DNA of 64,000 bases from an uncultured Bacilli bacterium (GCA_963931515.1 OZ007022.1:1408327-1472326); one strand, 5' to 3'; numbered from the stretch's first letter, positions 11,601-20,836 are shown. A program made the numbers and translations. Notes: generated by a model from the letters alone, not told the origin.

Positions 11601-12515
11601 ATGTCATTTACGGCGACAGTTAAGGATGAGGTTAGTAAATTAGATATACCAGAGACGGAAAAAATTTCAGAACTTTCGGCTATTGTTCGGAATGGAGAAT
11701 ATGGTGATGACATAAGGATTGTGACTGAGAATAATGCGGTGGCAAGGCTTATTTATTCGTTATTTAAAGATTTATTTAATGTGTATCCTAAAGTAAGTGT
11801 TAAAAGGGGATATAATTATAATAAAAATATGCTTTATACTTTGGAAGTTAGGCGAAAAGTTTCGGATATTTTGAAAAGTTTGGGTATTTTTAATGATGTT
11901 CCTGAAGATTTTATATATGCGGATGAAGATTTATTGATGGCTTATTTAAAAGGTTTGTTTTTGATGAAAGCTAGTGTGAATGACCCAAAGACATCTAGAT
12001 ATCATTTGGAGTTTAATTTGGATACTTTGGAGTATGCAGAGTTTGTTCAAAAATGTTTAAATCATTTTAATCTAAATAGTAAAATTTTACATAGGGAACA
12101 TAGATATGTTGTTTATATTAAAGAAGCTGAAAAAATTGGTGATTTTTTAAGGATAATAGGTGCGGTTAAAGCGGTACTTTATTTTGAAGATATCCGTATT
12201 TATAGAGACCATAAGAATATGACTAATAGACTTAATAATTGTGAACAAGCAAATGTCGATAAGATTATTGAGACGGCTAATGATCAGGTTAAGGATATAG
12301 AGTTTTTGAAGCAAATGGATGTTTATGATTTACTAAGTGACAAAGAGAAAGAGGTTTCTTTTTATAGAGTTAAATATCCAGAGGCTTCACTTGTGGAATT
12401 AAGTGAGATAATAAGCGTGGAAACAGGTAATAAAATTACCAAATCAGGTGTATATCATCGACTTAACAAAATTAGACAGTTGGCTTTAAAGATGAAGGAA
12501 AAATCAGAAAATTAA
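11601..12515 (+). CDS. whiA: DNA-binding protein WhiA
   Basis: ATG 11601 follows AGGTGA. The gene sits in the usual position after yvcK and is about 305 aa. It has a C-terminal HTH (KSGVYHRLNKIRQLA). Confidence 0.9.
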   Translation: MSFTATVKDEVSKLDIPETEKISELSAIVRNGEYGDDIRIVTENNAVARLIYSLFKDLFNVYPKVSVKRGYNYNKNMLYTLEVRRKVSDILKSLGIFNDVPEDFIYADEDLLMAYLKGLFLMKASVNDPKTSRYHLEFNLDTLEYAEFVQKCLNHFNLNSKILHREHRYVVYIKEAEKIGDFLRIIGAVKAVLYFEDIRIYRDHKNMTNRLNNCEQANVDKIIETANDQVKDIEFLKQMDVYDLLSDKEKEVSFYRVKYPEASLVELSEIISVETGNKITKSGVYHRLNKIRQLALKMKEKSEN

Positions 12516-12541
12516 AAGTTTTTTGATTTTTTTATTTGGAT

Positions 12542-12580
12542 AAAAAGGAAATTTGATTTTTACGTCGTATGTTTATATAT
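12542..12580 (+). promoter_or_regulatory. conserved upstream box, copy 1 (AAAAAGGAAAT..GATTT.TACGTCGTATGTTTATATAT)
   Basis: Nearly identical to 13524-13562. It is promoter-like (TTGATT ... TATAT) and lies about 25 nt upstream of the Rpn gene RBS. Confidence 0.55.
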
Positions 12581-12603
12581 GAAGGGGCTTAGAAAGGAGA
12601 TAT

Positions 12604-13500
12604 ATGAATATAACTAAAGAATATTATAAAAAATTAGACCAAGAAATGACTTTAATTCCCTTAAGTTATGATAGAGCTTTTAAAAGTGTGTTTAAAATAA
12701 ATTTAGATATTTTAAAAGACTTTTTAAAAGTAACTATTCCTACCAATATAAACGATAACGATAGTATAAATCTTTTAGATGGTGAAATACCTGTTACTAG
12801 TAAAAATGAATATAAAAGAACCGTCGATATTCTAGTCGTCATTAATAATAGAATATACATTGATGTCGAGATGAATAAAAGTAAATTTGAATATGTATCT
12901 GACCGTAACTTTTCATATGGAGATATAATATCTACAAGAGTTATTGAAAAAGGCGAAGATATCAATAATTTAAAATATAAGTATGTATATCAGCTTAATT
13001 TAAACGAAAGTCCCTATGAAGATGTTTTGGAAGATGATATAGTTTTATATGGATTAAAGACTCATAAGATATATAATTCAAATAGGCATACATTAACTAA
13101 ATCACTTGAACTTTATAGAAATTTATATTACAATGAAGGTGATAGAAGTAAAGAGGTAATATGGTATACAATGTTTACAGCGAGAACATTTACAGAGTTA
13201 TATGAACTAGCTAGACAAGTATTAGATGAAGATAAAGTAGAAAAGTTAATGGAGGCGGTTATTGATATGAGTAAAGATGGATTTATGATTCATGAGTGGC
13301 AGAAAGAGAAGATGGATGCTTTAGTTAAATTAAATGAGATGGAGGGAGCTAAAGAAGAAGGCAAAAACCTTGGAATCGAAGAAAGAACAATAGAAATAGC
13401 TAAAAACATGCTTAAAGAAAAAATTGATGAAGATGTTATTTCTAGAGTAACTGGTCTAACTATCCAAGATATTCAAACATTAGAAAATACTGAAAATTAA
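12604..13500 (+). CDS. Rpn family recombination-promoting nuclease / PD-(D/E)XK putative transposase
   Basis: N-terminal SYDRAFKSVF. A nuclease-core-like D...IDVEMNK segment is present. The C-terminal HTH-like tail (IEIAKNMLKEKIDEDVISRVTGLTIQDIQ) is typical of the PDDEXK_2/Rpn family. Confidence 0.75.
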   Translation: MNITKEYYKKLDQEMTLIPLSYDRAFKSVFKINLDILKDFLKVTIPTNINDNDSINLLDGEIPVTSKNEYKRTVDILVVINNRIYIDVEMNKSKFEYVSDRNFSYGDIISTRVIEKGEDINNLKYKYVYQLNLNESPYEDVLEDDIVLYGLKTHKIYNSNRHTLTKSLELYRNLYYNEGDRSKEVIWYTMFTARTFTELYELARQVLDEDKVEKLMEAVIDMSKDGFMIHEWQKEKMDALVKLNEMEGAKEEGKNLGIEERTIEIAKNMLKEKIDEDVISRVTGLTIQDIQTLENTEN

Positions 13501-13523
13501 AAAATCAGTATTTTTTTAATGAA

Positions 13524-13562
13524 AAAAAGGAAATAAGATTTCTACGTCGTATGTTTATATAT
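13524..13562 (+). promoter_or_regulatory. conserved upstream box, copy 2
   Basis: Matches 12542-12580 with about 4 mismatches. It occupies the same position relative to the second Rpn-like gene. Confidence 0.55.
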
Positions 13563-13599
13563 AGAAGGATAAAAACTTCTTAGGAAAGGAGGTCATTTA

Positions 13600-14391
13600 A
13601 TGACTAATAGAGAATATTGTAAATTGTTAGACAAGAATTATGGTGTTGTTCCGATGACTGATGAGTATAGTTTTGAAGAAGTGTTCATGTTGGTTCCAGA
13701 TATTTTAAATAAGTTTTTATCTGATGTAATTGGAGTAAAACTACCAAAAAATCATGATATTAAAATAGCGACTGATGAAGTACTTAAGGATTATCGGTAT
13801 AAAAATTATGATTTTAATATGCACTTGGTTTTAGATTATAATGTTTTTATTGATACTAAATTAGATGAAAATATTTTAAATGAAAAGGATTTTATAGATA
13901 AGCTTAATAAATTTAAAATTTACGGAGAACCTGTGGGAAAGGATTTTATTTATAATGATGATTATACTGACCGTATTTTATATTGGACGACTATGAAAGC
14001 AAAGCCAGATACGGTTGTTGATGTTACATCTATTAAGTATACTAAATATTATAGATATTTATATTATGAAAAAGGAGTTAGAGATAAAGATGTTATTTGG
14101 CTTACGGCTTTAACAGCTGAATCATATTCAGAACTTTATGAATTATTACGTCAAGTTCTTTCTGAAAAAGAAATTGATAAAATGATTAGTTGCGTTAAAT
14201 TTATGAGTCTTGATGAGTATACTGAGTGCATGGAAAATAAGAGTCAAGTTAAAAAGTTTAGAACAGAAAGAAATGTAAAAACGGAAATTGTGAGAAATAT
14301 GCTTAAGGAAAACATTGATATAGATACTATAGTTAAAATTACTGGTCTAACTAAAGAAATTGTTATTAAAATTAAAGATGCTGAAGGATAA
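13600..14391 (+). CDS. Rpn/PDDEXK_2-like paralog with degenerate nuclease core
   Basis: Shares the architecture and C-terminal tail (VRNMLKENIDIDTIVKITGLTKEIV) with the upstream gene. The E-x-K position instead reads FIDTKLDE. Confidence 0.65.
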   Translation: MTNREYCKLLDKNYGVVPMTDEYSFEEVFMLVPDILNKFLSDVIGVKLPKNHDIKIATDEVLKDYRYKNYDFNMHLVLDYNVFIDTKLDENILNEKDFIDKLNKFKIYGEPVGKDFIYNDDYTDRILYWTTMKAKPDTVVDVTSIKYTKYYRYLYYEKGVRDKDVIWLTALTAESYSELYELLRQVLSEKEIDKMISCVKFMSLDEYTECMENKSQVKKFRTERNVKTEIVRNMLKENIDIDTIVKITGLTKEIVIKIKDAEG

Positions 14392-14402
14392 CTTCAGTTT
14401 TT

Positions 14403-14639
14403 TTAAATGTCTTTTCTAGTTAAATCATTTGCTTTAAATTTATCTTTAGTTTTTTTATTAATGAAATATATTTCATAATCACATTTGTTAGCAATTTGTT
14501 CAATTGTATCAAATGAGATGATTCTTTGTTCGTTTTCATAACGCGAAAGATTTTGCTGGGAAATACCAACGTCTTTGGCTAATACATCTTGCTTTAATTT
14601 TTTTGTTTTTCTCATATATTTTAATGCTTTTCCTATCAT
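14403..14639 (-). CDS. XRE-family HTH transcriptional regulator
   Basis: 78 aa with a Cro/C1 HTH (LKQDVLAKDVGISQQNLSRYENEQR). Divergent from the surface-protein gene. Confidence 0.85.
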   Translation of the reverse strand: MIGKALKYMRKTKKLKQDVLAKDVGISQQNLSRYENEQRIISFDTIEQIANKCDYEIYFINKKTKDKFKANDLTRKDI

Positions 14640-14664
14640 ATAAATCGACCTTGATTATATAAGA

Positions 14665-14716
14665 AATATACCATTTCGGCGTAATTAAATATTTGAATAC
14701 TCCAAAATGGTATATT
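14665..14716. promoter_or_regulatory. inverted-repeat operator candidate in the divergent intergenic region
   Basis: AATATACCATTTCGG (14665-14679) and CCAAAATGGTATATT (14702-14716) match as inverted repeats at 14/15 positions. They are 22 nt apart. Confidence 0.5.
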
Positions 14717-14766
14717 AAAGAAAATGATATAAAAAGTTTAATTATATAAAGAATGGAGAAGTAGGA

Positions 14767-15696
14767 ATGAAAGAGAAAAAGAACAAATATATCAAGACAA
14801 ATATAATAGGCTTTGTAATAGCAATGGTAATAGTAAGTGGCTTTGGAGTATACGCTGCAGTTACATTTCCAAGTAGCGATGTAACATATGAAAATGGGAC
14901 AAGTGGTTTAGAATCAACTAGTGTTCAAGGTGCCATAGATGAGCTTTATACAGAATGTACCAAAGAGCCAACTGCAGGAAATCAAATATTAGATAAAGTA
15001 GACTTGGAAAAAGATCCATATGAGTGTAGATATTTCTTTACAGGAGCAAATCCAAATAATTATGTAAGTTTTAATAATGAGTTATGGAGAATAATAGGAG
15101 TAATAGATGGAAAAATAAAAATAGTAAGGAATGAAAGTATAGGAAATATGCAATGGAATTCATCCAGCTCAAATAATTGGAATAATGCTTCATTAAAAAC
15201 ATATTTAAATGGAGAATACTATAACAGTATCGAAGCTACTTCAAAAAATATGATATCAGCAGAAACGTATTATTTAGGTGGTCCGACTTCAAGCAATTAC
15301 CAAACGTTAACAGCAAGCGGTTATTACAATGCTGAAAGAGATAGCAGCCAAGTATATAGTGGCAATCCAACAAGCACAACACAAAATATAGGCTTAATGT
15401 ATCCAAGTGACTATGGATATGCGGCAGGAAGTAGTTGCCTATCAACAGCACTTTATAAATATAGTTCTAGTTGCAAAAATAGTGATTATTTATCAATTGG
15501 ACTAAACGAATGGTTACAGGCTCCTTTTGCCAGTTATGGTTCCAGTGCGGCCTATCTGAACGGTCCTGGTGGCGTCCGCTACGGCGATTCCGTGGCCGGC
15601 TCCTTTGCGGTCCGCCCAGTCTTATATCTAAACTCCAATGTTCAAATTACTGGTGGAGATGGCAGTCAAAGTAATCCATTTAAACTTTCTTTATAA
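14767..15696 (+). CDS. membrane-anchored surface protein, DUF6273/DUF1566-like lectin-type C-terminus (paralog A)
   Basis: The RBS is GGAGAAG. An N-terminal TM anchor is followed by the conserved YENGTSG..VQGAIDELY box. The C-terminal W...AVRP motif is followed by ITGGDGS. Paralogous to 24916-25854. Confidence 0.8.
   Translation: MKEKKNKYIKTNIIGFVIAMVIVSGFGVYAAVTFPSSDVTYENGTSGLESTSVQGAIDELYTECTKEPTAGNQILDKVDLEKDPYECRYFFTGANPNNYVSFNNELWRIIGVIDGKIKIVRNESIGNMQWNSSSSNNWNNASLKTYLNGEYYNSIEATSKNMISAETYYLGGPTSSNYQTLTASGYYNAERDSSQVYSGNPTSTTQNIGLMYPSDYGYAAGSSCLSTALYKYSSSCKNSDYLSIGLNEWLQAPFASYGSSAAYLNGPGGVRYGDSVAGSFAVRPVLYLNSNVQITGGDGSQSNPFKLSL
15541..15621 (+). other. GC-rich, A-poor, NNC-codon patch (candidate hypervariable region) in paralog A
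   Basis: By manual count, 55/81 nt are G+C, only 7 nt are A, and 15 of 27 codons end in C. The surrounding genome is about 30% GC. Confidence 0.6.
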
Positions 15697-15703
15697 AATA
15701 TTT

Positions 15704-15734
15704 AACTTGAAATAATTTTGTTTCAAGTTTTATT
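15704..15734 (+). terminator. rho-independent terminator
   Basis: AACTTGAAA (15704-15712) pairs with TTTCAAGTT (15721-15729), followed by TTATT. Confidence 0.75.
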
Positions 15735-15832
15735 GTGGAAAAATATATTTATCACAAGATTTTTGTTATTTTAGAGGTTGGTTGACAAGACAAGAATGAT
15801 AATTTATAGTATAATGATAAGAGGGTGATATT

Positions 15833-16813
15833 ATGCGTGAACTCTTCGAAATATTAAATGAAAATATAAAAAAACATGATGAAGTTATTATTATGACACA
15901 TGCTAGACCTGATTTAGATGGAATGGGGTCTGCACTCGCATTTTATAAAATAGTTACTTCTATGAAGAAGAAGTGTTTTATTGTGTCACCAAAGGAAAAG
16001 TTTTATCGTTCTTTAGATAAGGCTATTAAATTATTAGATGAAAATAATATAAAATTTGAATTTAGAAGTGAAGATGAGATATTAAATAGTAAATTTAGTA
16101 AACCTTTACTTGTGATTTTAGATACACAAAAACCAGAATTAGTAGAGTCTGATAAGGTATTGGATTATATTTGTGATAAGATTGTTATTGACCATCATAT
16201 TGGTAGTTTAGATACTATTGATGATACAATTTACAAATATTGTGATGCGAATAAATCTAGTATTGTTGAAGTAATGGCTGAGTATTTGAATTATTTGAAA
16301 TTGGATATCGAGCCATTAATTTTGACGGTATTACTTTCTGGTATGGTTGTTGATACTAGTAGTTTTAATATAAAAACAACGTCTAGAACTTTTGAGATGG
16401 CAGCTTATTTAGCTAAAAATGGCGCAGATTTTGTGATTATTCAGGATTTGCTTAAGGAACCAAAAGAAGAAATGGTTAAAAGGTATGGCTTTATAAGTAA
16501 TAGTGTAGAAGTGATTCCAGATGTGCTTATGTGTAAGATGGATGATAAGATTCATGGTAATGTGGATATTGCTTTGCTTGCTAAGGAACTTTTAAAGTTT
16601 GAAGATATTAAGGCGTCTTTTGCAATTGGAAGGCTATCTCATAGTATTGTTGGCGTTAGTGCACGTTCTATGGGTGGAGTTAATGTCGGTGAGATTATGG
16701 AAAAAATTGGTGGTGGTGGTCATTTGACTGATGCGGCTGCCCAAATTAAAGATAAGTCTATAGACGAAGTTGCTAAAGAGTTAGAAAAAGTTATTAAGGA
16801 TGTGATAAAATGA
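15833..16813 (+). CDS. DHH/DHHA1 family phosphoesterase (GdpP/NrnA-like core only)
   Basis: Contains the DHH motifs DLDGMGS and IDHHIG and the DHHA1 motif GGGGH. It sits in the gdpP position upstream of rplI-dnaB. Confidence 0.85.
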   Translation: MRELFEILNENIKKHDEVIIMTHARPDLDGMGSALAFYKIVTSMKKKCFIVSPKEKFYRSLDKAIKLLDENNIKFEFRSEDEILNSKFSKPLLVILDTQKPELVESDKVLDYICDKIVIDHHIGSLDTIDDTIYKYCDANKSSIVEVMAEYLNYLKLDIEPLILTVLLSGMVVDTSSFNIKTTSRTFEMAAYLAKNGADFVIIQDLLKEPKEEMVKRYGFISNSVEVIPDVLMCKMDDKIHGNVDIALLAKELLKFEDIKASFAIGRLSHSIVGVSARSMGGVNVGEIMEKIGGGGHLTDAAAQIKDKSIDEVAKELEKVIKDVIK

Positions 16814-17247
16814 GAGTTATTTTACTTCAAGATGTAAAGAAACAAGGAAAGAAAAATGATATAATAGAAGTTAAAGATGGATATGGTAGATTTTTGATTA
16901 ATAATAAAATGGCTGTTTTAGAAACTAAAGGTAGTAGTAAGGTTTTGCAAAAACAAACTGAAGAAGCTGCACTTGAGGAGTCTTTACTTTTAAAAGAATG
17001 TGAGGATATTAAAAGTAAATTAGAGAAGATGACTTTAAATTTTAAGGTTAATACTGGTAAAAATGGTCAAGTGTTTGGACAAATTAGTACTAAACAAATA
17101 GCTGATGAGCTTAAGAAAAAAGGTTTTAACATAGATAAAAGAAAGATTAAGTTAGATGTTCCAATTAATACTTTAGGAACGACTAATGTTAAAGTGATTT
17201 TACATAAAAAGGTGGAGGCTACTTTAAAAATACATTTGGAAAAGTAG
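16810..17247 (+). CDS. rplI: 50S ribosomal protein L9
   Basis: N-terminus MRVILLQDVKKQGKKNDIIEVKDGY. Synteny with dnaB is conserved. Confidence 0.95.
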   Translation: MRVILLQDVKKQGKKNDIIEVKDGYGRFLINNKMAVLETKGSSKVLQKQTEEAALEESLLLKECEDIKSKLEKMTLNFKVNTGKNGQVFGQISTKQIADELKKKGFNIDKRKIKLDVPINTLGTTNVKVILHKKVEATLKIHLEK

Positions 17248-17255
17248 GTGATTAG

Positions 17256-18602
17256 ATGAATGATAGGTCGATGCCCCAAAAAATAGATGCGGAGCAAGCT
17301 ATTCTTGGTTCAATGTTTTTAAGTGAGAAGGCTTTAGAACGTATTACTGAAAGATTAAATAAGGATATGTTTTATTTGGATTCTCATAAGAAAATATTTG
17401 AAACAATAAAAAATTTAGCTGATAAGAAAGTACCGATTGATATTACGACAGTAACGGCTGAACTTGAGAAGAAAAAGTTGCTGAATCAAGTTGGTGGTGT
17501 TGAGTATTTAACCCAAATAATTAATATAGTGCCGACGGCGGCTAATGCTGATGAGTATATCAATATAATTGAAGAAAAATTTTTAAGACGTAATTTGATT
17601 GAGGCTGGTACAGATATTGCAAATTCTGGTTTTTCTTCAACAGAAGATATTGGCGATATTTTAGATGAAGCTGAGAAAAAAATATTTGATGTAGTTAAGA
17701 ATAGACGTGGTTCTGAATTTAAAAGTATTCAGGATGTGCTATTTAAGGCACAAGCTGATTTAGAAAAATTATCATCACAAAAAGGTGAAATTACGGGTGT
17801 TCCATCTGGATATTATGATATTGATAGATTAACTGCTGGTTTTCATGAGAATGAGCTAATTATAATTGCCGCGCGTCCAGCAATGGGTAAAACAGCATTT
17901 GCGGTTAATTTAGCTGTTAATATGGCGATGAATGCGAAAAAAACTGTAGCTTTATTTAATATGGAAATGGGTGCAGAACAGCTTATTAGTCGTATGCTTT
18001 CTTCAGTTGGACAAATTGAAGCTTCGAAATTACGTACAGGTAAATTAGAGCATCAAGATTGGAAGCGGGTTAATGAGGCTATTAGTCGCTTAGCAGATAC
18101 TAAAATATTTATTGATGATACTCCTGGTATGACAGTAAGTGAGATTAGAGCAAAATGTAGAAGGCTTGCTAATTCTGAAGATGGACTTGATATTGTTATT
18201 ATCGACTATTTGCAATTAATTAGTGGTTCTGCTAGATATGCAGGTCAAAGGCAACAAGAAGTGTCTGAAATTTCTAGGTCTTTAAAGACAATGGCGATGG
18301 AACTGAATATTCCGGTTATTGCTTTAGCTCAGCTTTCTCGTAGTGTTGAAGGTAGAGAGGATAAAAGACCACTTCTTTCTGATTTAAGGGAATCTGGTTC
18401 TATTGAGCAAGATGCTGATATTGTCGCATTTTTATATCGTGATGATTATTATAATAAAGAAAGTGCGATTGATGAAAATACTAGTAAAAGTGAATTTATT
18501 ATTTCTAAACATCGTAGTGGACCTACCGCAACAGTTAATTTGATATTTAAAAGAGATACTAGTTCATTTTTCAATATGGAAAATAGTCAGGTAGGTGATT
18601 AG
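17256..18602 (+). CDS. dnaB: replicative DNA helicase
   Basis: PQKIDAEQAILGSM N-terminus, Walker A ARPAMGKT, and the IIDYLQLI and ALAQLSR motifs. Confidence 0.97.
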   Translation: MNDRSMPQKIDAEQAILGSMFLSEKALERITERLNKDMFYLDSHKKIFETIKNLADKKVPIDITTVTAELEKKKLLNQVGGVEYLTQIINIVPTAANADEYINIIEEKFLRRNLIEAGTDIANSGFSSTEDIGDILDEAEKKIFDVVKNRRGSEFKSIQDVLFKAQADLEKLSSQKGEITGVPSGYYDIDRLTAGFHENELIIIAARPAMGKTAFAVNLAVNMAMNAKKTVALFNMEMGAEQLISRMLSSVGQIEASKLRTGKLEHQDWKRVNEAISRLADTKIFIDDTPGMTVSEIRAKCRRLANSEDGLDIVIIDYLQLISGSARYAGQRQQEVSEISRSLKTMAMELNIPVIALAQLSRSVEGREDKRPLLSDLRESGSIEQDADIVAFLYRDDYYNKESAIDENTSKSEFIISKHRSGPTATVNLIFKRDTSSFFNMENSQVGD

Positions 18603-20078
18603 ATGAAAAAGTTTTCAATTATGTTTATGCTTTTTATAATAACTGTTGGTGTTTTTGTACTTGGTTTTGGATATAAAACAACGCCTGAGCCTAACAATTA
18701 TTATGAAGTTTATTTAGACGATGAGTCTTTAGGAACAATTAGGTCAGAAAAAGAGCTTGAAGATTATATTGATGCGAATGGCGCATATTATAAACGAAAA
18801 TTTAATGTTGATAAAGTTTATTCACCTAAGGGATTGCAAATTAGAAAGTTGACAACATATAGTGGTGATGTTGATTCTGTAAAGGATGTTTATAAAAAAA
18901 TTTCTGATAAGGAAACATTTACTATTAAAGGATATGAATTTGTTATTAAAAAAACGGCTGACGAGAAGGATACTGAGGCTAAAGAAAAACTTACAACCCA
19001 AACCATTTATGTTTTGGATAAAAAGGTCTTTAAAGATGCGGTAGAGACTTTGATTAAGACTTTTGTTGGTTCAGATCAGTATCAAGCTTATATTGATGAT
19101 ACACAGGTAGAAATTGAAACAACTGGTGAGAATATTGAAAATGTATATATTAATGAAGATATAACAGTTAAGGAAACGAAGATACCTGTTGACGAGACAA
19201 TTTATACTAGTGCTTCTGACCTTGCAAATTACTTGCTTTATGGTAAAGAACAAACTGGAATAGATTATATTGTTCAAGCTGGTGATACGATTGAAAATGT
19301 AGCTTTTAATAATAAAATTAGTCCGGAAGAAGTTTTGATTTCTAATACTAGTTTAACTAGTACAACGAATTTATTATATCCTGGTCAAAAATTAAGGATA
19401 GTTGAAACTAATCCGCAAATCAGTGTGGTTGAAGAGTCTTATGTGGCCATGGATATGGAAAGTCAATATACGACTGAAGAAAGATATGATAATAATGTAG
19501 TTATTGGACAAGATAAGGTTATTCAAGAAGGAGAGAATGGTTTAGTGCGCGTTGCTCAAAGGGTTAGAAAAGTTAATGGAGTTATTAATTATGTTGATCC
19601 ACAAAGTAAAACGGTACTTAAGGAGCCGGTTAGTAAGATTATTTTGAAAGGTAATAAGTATATTCCTGATGTAGGTAGTATTACTAGTTGGGGATGGCCT
19701 ACTGATAGTGGATGGACTTTAAGTAGTGGTTATGTATGGCGTACTAATCCAGTTAGTGGCAAGCGTGAGTTACATGGTGGTTTAGATATTAGTGGTACTG
19801 GATATGGTTCAAATGTTTATGCGACTAATAATGGACGTGTTAAAGAAGCTGGTTATCATTATAGTTATGGTAATCATGTAATTATCGATCACAATAATGG
19901 TTATTTGACTTTATATGCACATATGTCAAAGATAAAAGTTAAAGTTGGTCAGGTTGTGGCTAGAGGGGATGTTATAGGTTTAGTCGGAATGACTGGAGTA
20001 GCAACAGGGCCACATGTTCATTATGAAATATGGAAAGGTTGCGATTATTGCCGAATTAATCCGATGAGTATGTACTAA
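18603..20078 (+). CDS. M23 family metallopeptidase with LysM and G5-like domains
   Basis: TM anchor, LysM (YIVQAGDTIENVAF) and a G5-like segment (VIQEGENGLVRVAQ). The M23 motifs are HGGLDI and GPHVHYEI. Confidence 0.88.
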   Translation: MKKFSIMFMLFIITVGVFVLGFGYKTTPEPNNYYEVYLDDESLGTIRSEKELEDYIDANGAYYKRKFNVDKVYSPKGLQIRKLTTYSGDVDSVKDVYKKISDKETFTIKGYEFVIKKTADEKDTEAKEKLTTQTIYVLDKKVFKDAVETLIKTFVGSDQYQAYIDDTQVEIETTGENIENVYINEDITVKETKIPVDETIYTSASDLANYLLYGKEQTGIDYIVQAGDTIENVAFNNKISPEEVLISNTSLTSTTNLLYPGQKLRIVETNPQISVVEESYVAMDMESQYTTEERYDNNVVIGQDKVIQEGENGLVRVAQRVRKVNGVINYVDPQSKTVLKEPVSKIILKGNKYIPDVGSITSWGWPTDSGWTLSSGYVWRTNPVSGKRELHGGLDISGTGYGSNVYATNNGRVKEAGYHYSYGNHVIIDHNNGYLTLYAHMSKIKVKVGQVVARGDVIGLVGMTGVATGPHVHYEIWKGCDYCRINPMSMY

Positions 20079-20836
20079 TGAAAATATGTGTTTTAGCTAG
20101 CGGTAGTAAAGGTAATAGTGCATATATTGAAACTGATAAGACTAAGTCACTTGTTGATTTAGGTATGAGTGCTGGTTATGTAGCTAAGGCTTTGAAAAAT
20201 ATTGGTGTAGACCCTTCTTCAATTCAGAGGGTCTTTATCACGCATGCACATACGGACCATGTGGCTGGTTTAAAAGTGTTTTTAAAGAAGTATCATCCAA
20301 TAGTTTATTTAACTAAGAAAATGGAAGAAGAAATAGGTTTTGATATCGAAGATAAAGTCTATATTAATGAGGATATGACTATTGAAGATTTGAATGTAAC
20401 GGTTATAAAAACATCTCATGATGCGGCTGATAGTAATGGATATGTGTTTTCTTCTAGAGGTAAATCAGCAGCTTATATTACAGATACTGGTTATATTCAT
20501 GTTAGAAATTTTGATAAGTTAAAAAATAAGAGTGTTTATGTTTTTGAGAGCAATCACGATGTGAGAATGCTTAGAGAAGGAAGGTATCCTTATTATCTTC
20601 AGCAAAGAATATTAAGTGATAAAGGACATTTATCTAATAAAGATTCGGCATATTATTTATCAAAATTTATTGGGGATAATACTGAAAGGATTATTTTAAT
20701 CCATTTAAGTGAAGAAAATAATAAACCAGAACTTGCTTTAAAGACATTACTTGATACATTTGAAAAAAATGATATTAAAATTCCAGATGTTGAGATTGCG
20801 ATGCAGAGGGAAAGTACGGAGTTAATAGAGTTATGA
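20078..20836 (+). CDS. MBL-fold metallo-hydrolase (YycJ/WalJ-like)
   Basis: Contains HAHTDH (HxHxDH). It is about 250 aa and coupled to the upstream gene (TAATG). Confidence 0.85.
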   Translation: MKICVLASGSKGNSAYIETDKTKSLVDLGMSAGYVAKALKNIGVDPSSIQRVFITHAHTDHVAGLKVFLKKYHPIVYLTKKMEEEIGFDIEDKVYINEDMTIEDLNVTVIKTSHDAADSNGYVFSSRGKSAAYITDTGYIHVRNFDKLKNKSVYVFESNHDVRMLREGRYPYYLQQRILSDKGHLSNKDSAYYLSKFIGDNTERIILIHLSEENNKPELALKTLLDTFEKNDIKIPDVEIAMQRESTELIEL

